Of a stretch of 56,926 bases of DNA, positions 47,612 to 56,926 are shown piece after piece; positions within the stretch are counted from its first letter, which is position 1; each line of letters opens with the position of its first letter. Under the pieces are notes generated by a model. The model worked only from the letters and a program-made list of their open reading frames with translations. It was not told the DNA's origin and searched no databases. The stretch lies in the NCBI RefSeq assembly GCF_001194135.2, contig NC_068996.1, positions 29,347,040-29,403,965 of the forward strand. Reading direction: 5' to 3'. Source of the stretch: Octopus bimaculoides. Lineage: Eukaryota. The position numbers and the translations under genes are program-made.

Positions 47612-50003
47612 CTGGAAGAACGGTGGTAGCAGGGAATTGTATCGACTGCCAGAAGGGAAGCTAAACGACAGGTTTATTTAGCCAGAGGGGAAGCAGATAA
47701 GAAAAAATTTGCCAATGTTCTGCACTGTGAGGACCAAAGACTTGAGGTATTTCGTGTTGCAAGACGGTGTGTGAGAGAGAATCGTGATGTCATGGGAGAG
47801 AAATGTGTTCGCATGGATGATGGTTCACTTACACTAAACGAGGTTGCAAAGAAAGAGGTATGGAGATGCCACTATGAAAGGTTGCTCAATAAAGAGAATG
47901 AATGAGAGAAAGAGAGTCTGCCGAATGTCGACCCAACAGAGGGACCAGCAATTTGAGTTGACAGTACCATGGTAGATAAAGCTATTAAGAGTATGAAGAC
48001 AGGGAAAGCCCCTGGCCCTTAAAGAATCACTGCAGAGATGCTCAAAATATCTGGCAGTGTCTGCTGTAGCCTAGTCACCCGTATTATTAACCAGGTGATA
48101 CATGAAGGAGTCATACCCAATGACTGGTGTAGCAGCACCATAGTCAACTGCTACAAAGGTAAAGGTGACGCTTTAGATACAAATAATTACAGAGGTATCA
48201 AGTTGTTAGATCAGGTAATGAAAGTCACGGAGAGGGTCATAGCCCAACTAATTACGGAGAGAGTCAGTTTAGATGAGATGCAGTTTGGGTTCGTGCCAGG
48301 TAAAAGCACCACTGATGCTATATTTCTGGTAAGACAGCTGCAGGAGAAATACCTAGCCAAAGATAAACCTCTGTACCTGGCTTTCGTTGACATGGAGAAA
48401 GCCTTCAACATCTAGTGGTCAATNNNNNNNNNNNNNNNNNNNNNNNNNNNNNNNNNNNNNNNNNNNNNNNNNNNNNNNNNNNNNNNNNNNNNNNNNNNNN
48501 NNNNNNNNNNNNNNNNNNNNNNNNNNNNNNNNNNNNNNNNNNNNNNNNNNNNNNNNNNNNNNNNNNNNNNNNNNNNNNNNNNNNNNNNNNNNNNNNNNNN
48601 NNNNNNNNNNNNNNNNNNNNNNNNNNNNNNNNNNNNNNNNNNNNNNNNNNNNNNNNNNNNNNNNNNNNNNNNNNNNNNNNNNNNNNNNNNNNNNNNNNNN
48701 NNNNNNNNNNNNNNNNNNNNNNNNNNNNNNNNNNNNNNNNNNNNNNNNNTTAGAGTCAACCTAGCTAAAACCAAAGTGCTAATAAGTAGAAAGGTAGACA
48801 AACCACAAACCCCTTCAGGTAGATGGCCCTGCTCGATTTGTAGAAAAGGCATAGGTAGAAACTCTATAAGATGCACCCAGTGCACGCTATGGACACATAA
48901 GAAGTGCAGCAATATCAAAGGAAGATTAACTAGGAAGTTAGTTTTTGAATGTAGCAGATGTTCAGGAGCTATAAACACTGTAAATGTGCAGAAAACAACT
49001 TCTGCCACATTCCAAGGAGAAAAACTAGACGTAGTTGATAGCTTCCGCTATCTAGGTGACCAAGTTAGTAGTGGGGGAGGGTGCGCTGAAAGTGTAGCTG
49101 CTAGAATAAGAGTAGCCTGGGCAAAGTTCAGAGAGCTCTTACCTCTGCTGGCGACAAAGGGACTCTCACTCAGAGTAAAAGGCAGACTGTATGGCGCATG
49201 TGTATGAACAGCCATGCTTCATGGCAGTGAAACATGGCTGTGACTGCTGAAGACATGCGTAGGCTCACAAGGAATGAAGCCAGTATGCTCCGATGGATGT
49301 GTAATGTCATTGGGCCTCACCGAGGCGATGACTTCTGACCGAGACCTCTGGAAATATGCTGTGCGTGAGAAGACCCGGCAAGCCANNNNNNNNNNNNNNN
49401 NNNNNNNNNNNNNNNNNNNNNNNNNNNNNNNNNNNNNNNNNNNNNNNNNNNNNNNNNNNNNNNNNNNNNNNNNNNNNNNNNNNNNNNNNNNNNNNNNNNN
49501 NNNNNNNNNNNNNNNNNNNNNNNNNNNNNNNNNNNNNNNNNNNNNNNNNNNNNNNNNNNNNNNNNNNNNNNNNNNNNNNNNNNNNNNNNNNNNNNNNNNN
49601 NNNNNNNNNNNNNNNNNNNNNNNNNNNNNNNNNNNNNNNNNNNNNNNNNNNNNNNNNNNNNNNNNNNNNNNNNNNNNNNNNNNNNNNNNNNNNNNNNNNN
49701 NNNNNNNNAGATTGTTGCCAGTGCCCCTGGACTGGCTCTTGTGCGGGTGGCATGTAAAATACACCATTTTGAGTGTGGCCGTTGCCAGTACCGCCTGACT
49801 GGCCTTTGTGCCGGTGGCACGTAAAAGCACCCACTACACTCTCAGAGTGGTTGGCGTTAGGAAGGGCATCCAGCTGTAGAAACTCTGCCAAATCAGATTG
49901 GAGCCTGGTGGAGCCATCTGGTTTCACCAGTCCTCAGTCAAATCGTCCAACCCATGCTAGCATGGAAAGCGGACGTTAAACGACGATGATGATGATGATG
50001 ATG
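47612..50003 (+). mobile_element. Longest RTE LINE copy (linker, RT, PHD-type finger, C-terminus, 3' UTR); two gaps, stops and an internal deletion
   Basis: KTGKAPGP, YKGKGDALDTNNYRGIKLL, MQFGFVPGKSTTDAIF, AFVDMEKAF, CSIC...CTQC...H..C...CSRC, FRYLG. Confidence 0.95.
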
Positions 50004-50014
50004 TATATATCTAT

Positions 50015-50230
50015 GCATGTATGTCTGTCTTTGTCCCCCACCTCCACCACTTGACAACTGGTGCTGGTGTGTTTACGTCCCCCGTAACTTATTGGTTTGG
50101 CAAAAGAGATCAATAGAATAAGTACCAGCTTTAAAAGAAAAGTACTGGGATTGATACATTTGACTATAAATTCTTCAAGGCAGTTCCCCAGCATGGCTGC
50201 AGTCTAATGACTGAAACAAGTAAAAGATAA

Positions 50231-50232
<2 letters not shown>
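50015..50232 (+). mobile_element. SINE family 1, 3' half
   Basis: ttgtccccca...tttacgtcccccgtaactta...aatgactgaaacaagtaaaaga. Confidence 0.75.
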
Positions 50233-50276
<44 letters not shown>

Positions 50277-51079
50277 TCCTGTTGCATTATTGGCAGAATC
50301 AAAACAAAAAAACATTCCATCCAGTGGGAAACAAATATCATTTAATGCACACAGAGCTACTTATAGTTTCATGTCATGGAAACATTGTGATTAGGCAGAT
50401 TTATATAATGTGCCTTGTGTCCCCAAGCAATCTGTCAGGCTCGGTGCACATGCTTAGTACCATTTGAAAACCAAGACACTGATACATGAGAAAACATGAA
50501 AAAAAAAGGCTGATGCAAAAAGTAGAATGAGAAGACAAAGGGTGAATAAAAATAGAAAAAGAAAAGAAAGAAAACCAAGTGTTGCATCTCCTTTGTCTGT
50601 AGAAAACATAATTAATTTAGATGGTGTAGAATAATTCAATTGCGTGAAGTCCAAAGTCTGCAAAACAGCTGCTCAATCTGGAGAGGGTGGTGTCCTCCAG
50701 TCAACAAAAGGAATTTGCCCATGCACTTATATTTGCTGAAAATTTCAGATCAGGAATTAAGTAATGTGGTGGAAATCCTGGATCTAAAAAGAATATGCAT
50801 AGCTTGTATGTCTTTGATTTATTTACACACGGATTAGATTTCACCATGATTCTCCACTTGAGTGTATGTGATGTGCAGTTAGTCTTCAGATCCCTTACAT
50901 GACTATTTTTGTTGATATTTTTGTTACATGGTTATTTTTGTTGATATGCTGGAAAACAAACTGGAGGTTTGCATAACATCTTTTAATATGCCTTTGCGTA
51001 AATTATCGTAATTTTGTCTCAATTCACTGCTGTGACTTTATCAAACATGCCTGATCAAGTGAGCAAGCTTCAAGATCTT

Positions 51080-51660
51080 GACAGTTACAACTGGGAATGA
51101 ACTCTAGTGTGGTTTGTGATAATGGCCTTCATGTTGAGGCAGCAAGTGTATGACATTTTTATCAAGTACCCTTTAAAAATTTTCCTGTGTTTATGGTTTA
51201 GTAGGAAATGCTTAGCTAATAATGCCAGGAATTTCTTGCCTATGTTAGTTTTATCATTTAGGTAAAATGGTGAGGTGGTGAGCCATATTATTTTCCTACG
51301 TCCACTTTTAAGTTTCATATTTTTAATTGAAGGGTTGTAAGATATCTTACCTTAGCGAGGGCATTGTTATAGTAGAGGGCTAGTTTATCAAATATTTCTT
51401 TTCAAAAGGAGAGATTAGATACCATATTAGTGGTGTTGTCTATCAGGTTTTTAAGAACTATAAAACTGTTTATGTATACATGTGAGTTTCTCATTCAGTT
51501 TATGATAGGGTTTATAAGAGCATGAGTTTAAGTCTCTAAGAAATCAACTTTGGACAGATACAGTAATTCTGAAGCCTAATTGATTACTGGTATATCTGAG
51601 ATTTTTTCCTAAATTTATCGAGTGTCTGTCCTTCACAGCTATGAGGTATGCCAAACCCAT
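51080..51660 (-). mobile_element. Penelope-like RT-thumb/linker remnant
   Basis: IIWLTTSPF...TNIGKKFLALLAKHF...KIF...KMSYTCCLNMKAIITNH. Confidence 0.75.
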
Positions 51661-51711
51661 CATCACACTATAGACCAATATCATGGGATGGTTACTTAGA
51701 TCTTAATATAT

Positions 51712-51923
51712 CTAATATGTAGAGACCTACAAGATCACACATGTCTGCACTGACATGATGCTGTTGATACATCAAACAATTCATCTGTATTGGATTTTTT
51801 AAACTTATTCTGTAAGGAATCAACATGGGTTGAAAAAAATCTGATACACATGAATTATTGAATATATCAATGGGATTTATAACAGTGTAAACATGTGTGA
51901 TCTTGTAGAGCTCTATGTATTAG
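51712..51923. repeat. Foldback element: ~93-bp imperfect arms, 24-bp spacer
   Basis: ctacaagatcacacatgt / acatgtgtgatcttgtag and flanking alignment. Confidence 0.8.
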
Positions 51924-52099
51924 AAACCAACCTACAAGATCACAAGACTTGGTTTTCAAATTGGAATAGCCATGTGCACTGAGCCTGGAAGATTTCTTGG
52001 AGACAAGGCACATTATAAATCTGCCTAATTACCATGTCTTCATGGCATGAAATGATTACTAGAGCTTATTTTAATACTTTGTACATTAAACAATGTGTT

Positions 52100-52133
<34 letters not shown>

Positions 52134-52649
52134 TGTGTGTAGGTTTGTGTTTTTATGTTTATCTCCTACCACTGCTTGACAGCTGGAGTTGATTTACTTG
52201 TCTAAACCTTCAAGGTGATATACCAGCATGGCCACATTCCAAAGACTAAAACAAGTAATATATACAGTACATAAAGAGATTATAATCCAAACTGTATCCT
52301 CATGAAGTATCTGTATATTCCAGTAATCAGATGTATGTGGGTGTTTATTTTAAATGAGAAAATCATGCATATAAGTTGATATTCCTGGTGAATTATAATA
52401 TTTGCAAAGCAACTATGTATTAAAACAAAGGCTGGAGTATATTGTGCCATTTTAATTCTGTGTTACACATATTTCATTACAATATGGGAAATAGATTCTA
52501 TGAATATAAATATTAATAATAACATAAATATAAACTCATGATAGAAATATACATACATGTATAACCATGTAGAACATCTCACAACTAAATCATCAGACAT
52601 AGATTCAAAATAATACAATTAAACACTTGGAGAACTTCTTTATATATAC

Positions 52650-52886
52650 TCTTTACTCTCTCTTTTACTCTTTTACTTGTTTCAGTCATTTGACTGCGGC
52701 CATGCTGGAGCACCGCCTTTAGTCGAGCAAATCGACCCCAGGACTTATTCTTTGGAAGCCTAGTACTTATTCTATCGGTCTCTTTTGCCGAACCACTAAG
52801 TTACAGGGACGTAAACACACCAGCATCGGTTGTCAAGCGATGTTTGGGGGACAAACACAGACACACAAACATAAACACACACATAC

Positions 52887-52925
<39 letters not shown>

Positions 52926-53088
52926 CGACGGGCTTCTTTCAGTTTCCGTCTACCAAATCCACTCACAAGACTTTGGTCGGCCCGAGGCTATAGTAGAAGA
53001 CACTTGCCCAAGGTGCCACGCAGTGGGACTGAACCCAGAACCATGTGGTTGGTAAGCAAGCTACTTACCACACAGCCACTCCCGCGCC
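52650..53088 (-). mobile_element. Near full-length SINE family 1 with internal microsatellite
   Basis: A- and B-box head, central (CA)n(TA)n, 3' half, and (AAAAGAGT)-like tail. Confidence 0.9.
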
Positions 53089-53131
<43 letters not shown>

Positions 53132-53134
<3 letters not shown>

Positions 53135-54177
53135 ATAAAAGAGAGATTCTGTCTGTTTGTGTGTTTGTTTGTCCCATAAAATGAAAGTAAATGATTCAAG
53201 GGAGGCAACACTAATTGTGCACAAACCTATAAGGAGCTGCATTGAGGCAAATATTCTCACTGGTTGTAGTAAAGATGATACTGTTTTCATTCATATCAGT
53301 TATACCATCTCATGTCCCATTCAAATTTAAGCCCTTACAGTTTCCTACCCCACTTTCCTTTGCCATGAACATTAATAAAGGTCAAGGCCAAACACTAAAA
53401 GTTGCTGGATTGCAACTCGAAGAACAAACAGAAGTTCATATATGAAATACATCTTTTTTCTGCTTCAATTTATTACATGCTTTTCTCTTATATAATACAC
53501 ACATACAGGATGAGTAAACATAAATCTGACTGACAAGACACAGCATTTGTAATTTCATTGGTCTATTATTTACTGTTGCCTTGCTTTCCATTCCTGTAAT
53601 ATAGTTTCGGAATTTCTGCTCACACCATAGTTCAGATTTGAAACTGAATCTTTCAATTCTCCTTGGGCACATGGCCTATGTAAATATCAAAAGAAACCAT
53701 GTCAAATGGGTCTTCCACTTCACCTGTGGCCTTCTCATTGCCATTGCACAGTCACTTGGATCCCCTAAAGCTATTCTTCTATATGATATAGCCATTCTTC
53801 TAGCTTCATTCATGGTCACCTATTCAAGCATCAAAAGGAACAGTGAGAAATGGATGCTCCACTTGACCTGTACCCTTTTCAGTGTGATCACAGTCACCTG
53901 GTTTCTGTAAAGCTATTCTTCTATATGATATACTCATTTTTCTAGCTTCTCACTTCTGATATGAGCATTAATAAAAGTCAGGTTCAAACACTAAAAGTTG
54001 CTGGATTGCAACTTGAAGAACAAACAGAAGTTCGTATATGAAATCCATCTTTTTTCTACTTCAATTGCTATACACACATACAGGAGGAGTAAATTATATA
54101 TTATAATAATACTTTAAATGTGGCTCCCGAGAAACAGTAAAAGTAGTTACCCAATCAATGATGGGTATTACTGCTAG
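53132..54177 (+). mobile_element. Non-autonomous Helitron carrying PIF1-like helicase C-terminal remnants
   Basis: PFKFKPLQFPTPLSFAMNINKGQGQTLKVAGL; 3' hairpin taccca/tgggta (54148-54167) then CTAG|T. Confidence 0.85.
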
Positions 54178-54920
54178 TATATATATATATATATATATAT
54201 ACACACGCACGCACAAAAACATACACATACACACATGCGCACATACAAAATACACACACAAACGCACACGTACCCAACACCTACAACCCCACACAAACAC
54301 GAACACACACATACTCAAAAAACCACCTGTTGACTTTCTACCTACACTGTCTATAAGCGTCCACCAACCATTCCTGCTACTAATTTCTTCCACTACGTCA
54401 TACACATACACACACACACACACAAACACACTAACAGATAAACCACCAAACCATGCACACGCACACACACACATACATACATACGCACACACNNNNNNNN
54501 NNNNNNNNNNNNNNNNNNNNNNNNNNNNNNNNNNNNNNNNNNNNNNNNNNNNNNNNNNNNNNNNNNNNNNNNNNNNNNNNNNNNNNNNNNNNNNNNNNNN
54601 NNNNNNNNNNNNNNNNNNNNNNNNNNNNNNNNNNNNNNNNNNNNNNNNNNNNNNNNNNNNNNNNNNNNNNNNNNNNNNNNNNNNNNNNNNNNNNNNNNNN
54701 NNNNNNNNNNNNNNNNNNNNNNNNNNNNNNNNNNNNNNNNNNNNNNNNNNNNNNNNNNNNNNNNNNNNNNNNNNNNNNNNNNNNNNNNNNNNNNNNNNNN
54801 NNNNNNNNNNNNNNNNNNNNNNNNNNNNNNNNNNNNNNNNNNNNNNNNNNNNNNNNNNNNNNNNNNNNNNNNNNNNNNNNNNNNNNNNNNNNNNNNNNNN
54901 NNNNNNNNNNNNNNNNNNNA

Positions 54921-56123
54921 GATATATGATAACAGATAATAACTTTATTTATCAAAAAATGCTATGAGGATGAAAATAAACCTTCTTTTCTATAATGTTA
55001 TTCAATAAAACCACCTTCAGCTTCAACAACAGTTTCTATATGAGATTTAAATCTTCTCCATGCTTGAATCAAGTGATCCTGGTTCATCTTGGACATTACT
55101 CTGACTATGGCAGCTTTCAAAGAATCTTTGGTGATATGGGTGTGTTCATTGACCTCTCTCTCAACAATGCTCCACATGTAATAGTCCAATGGATTGAGAT
55201 CTGGGGAATTAGGAGGCTAAATGTTAGGAGTTATGTGATCATGAAAATTTTCAACAATCCATTCCTGTGTTAATAGAGCCATGTGTGATAGTGCAGAGTC
55301 TTACTGAAACATATATGGCCTTCCATTGCAAACACTGTCTATCCAGGGCTTAATTATTTCCAGGACCTCAATGTAGGCAGCAGAGTTAACTCTAAGGCCT
55401 TGTGGAAAGAAGTAAGGAGGCATCACATGTCCTTCATTGCTTACACTCCTAAAACCATGACAGTTCTAGGAAATTTTGTATGCATAACACCTGGAACTTC
55501 AGAAGGGTCTGCACATAACCATCTGTTGTTTCTTCTGTTAACTGATCTTGGTCAAAGTTTTTCTCATTTGAGAAAAACCAAATCAAATCTCCTGCTGGAT
55601 TTTTCAGTTTGTTTAGGAGACTTTTAGATATGTTGTGATTTTCTTTTACTTTTTCTGACAAATTGACCTTTCCTCATCATATTAGACTTATATCTCATGT
55701 CTTCGTGGACAACATTTCTGACTGTTCCTTCTGACACATGGAGATCTTTTGCAATTGACCTCATGGGCTTTCTGGGATTATAATCAATGGTCTGTGAAAC
55801 TAGCTAGATAAATTCAGGTGTTCTGATGATTTTAGAGCATTTAGAATGCTTTTTATGTTTTGATACTGGTGAAACGTTTCCATCTTCAGTCTCTAGCTCC
55901 TTACAAGCTTTGTAGACGAAAGATCTGGCAACTTTTACAAATTGAGATATTTCTAAATCACTATGATCAGCTTTCGTAACCACAATAACAGCATGCCTCT
56001 TGATTTCTTGAGTAAGCTGAGGGTCTGCCATCAGGATTTTCTGAAACAAAGATTATACAGAGTTAGCAAAAAATGCAGCAATGAACCAAAAAAGATATGC
56101 CCTCAAATTTCTTATGCACCCTG
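54921..56123 (-). mobile_element. Tc1/mariner-superfamily transposon of the maT (DD37D) group, pseudogenised
   Basis: Q*DSALSH...PPNSPDLNPLDYY with 37 residues between the last two Asp; the element starts TA|CAGGGTG; the other end lies in a gap. Confidence 0.9.
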
Positions 56124-56257
56124 TATATATTAGCCTTTAGGATTTGCCTGAAATACAGAGAGATAGAGAAAAAAGGGTAAAGAAAAAGAAAAAAATAGAT
56201 AAGAAGATAGAGAGAGAGAGAAGCCCTTGCTAAAGCCAGCTACAATGATAAAATTGA

Positions 56258-56293
<36 letters not shown>

Positions 56294-56567
56294 GCATTAA
56301 AAAGCTACAAATATATAATGGCCAACATTATAGTATGGTAAGTCGTGAAAATAACTGTCATAGAATCAATAACACAAATTATAATAAATCTGACCATACC
56401 AAAAATATAGTTAATCCTAATAACATCAAATACCTAAAATAGTATTCCTAATATTTAAATAAAAATGAAACAATAATTAAAAGTAAGATTAAACTATAAT
56501 AAATGTTACTAATCTAGATACTTCTATTAATAAAACTAATATTGCAATTAATAATAGTGACAACTTT

Positions 56568-56571
<4 letters not shown>

Positions 56572-56612
<41 letters not shown>

Positions 56613-56926
56613 AATAATAATAATTAATTCGTTTTATTGGCCACAAGGGCTAATATCAATTTAAAACATATAAGGACAAAGACAGGATGAAGGTTACAAA
56701 AGGTTTTGTCCGAAAAGGTAGGAAAGTTCGTCTAAACAGAGGAAGAAAACGGAGAAAGATATAATGAATAAATAGATAAATAAATAGATAAATAAATAAG
56801 TAGAAACCCCCGAAGGGGGAGGCGCTTCGAAAAAGGAAAGGTTACACGTGGAAAAACCCATAAAACCACGGGAGCCTAGTCAGAAAAAATAAGAAAGGGG
56901 TATAGAGCCCTTTCTCCTTTTACATT
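56572..56926 (-). mobile_element. Probable LINE 3' UTR (L1/Tx1-like) with AATAAA and an (ATT)n/(AAT)n tail
   Basis: Minus strand is pyrimidine-rich and ends ccttgtggccAATAAAacgaatt followed by trinucleotide repeats; no coding part in the window. Confidence 0.4.

Overview
This is a eukaryotic, AT-rich draft-assembly window with many N gaps, usually flanked by microsatellites. The repeat families and TTAGGG repeats suggest a coleoid cephalopod such as Octopus (inference, not tested). I found no intact host gene. Essentially all coding signal comes from decayed transposons: RTE LINEs (a PHD-finger-containing family in many copies and one BovB-like copy), Penelope-like elements (PLEs), L1/Tx1, an R4/Dong-type RLE fragment, a Gypsy pol, and hAT, pogo, mariner, maT (DD37D) and Helitron remnants, plus tRNA-derived SINEs and MITEs. 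Four observations stand out. (1) Hammerhead-ribozyme-like cores occur at seven positions, four of them as inverted pairs in two foldback elements (73-438, 37633-37976). (2) A C4HC3 PHD-type finger lies inside the RT C-terminal region of the dominant RTE family. (3) Two MITEs with exact 8-bp TSDs carry internal telomeric repeats, one as a perfect 40-bp palindrome. (4) A short mosaic at 17.7-17.9 kb is stitched from pieces matching sequence 1.5-6 kb upstream. All alignments were done by eye, so boundaries of decayed elements are approximate.
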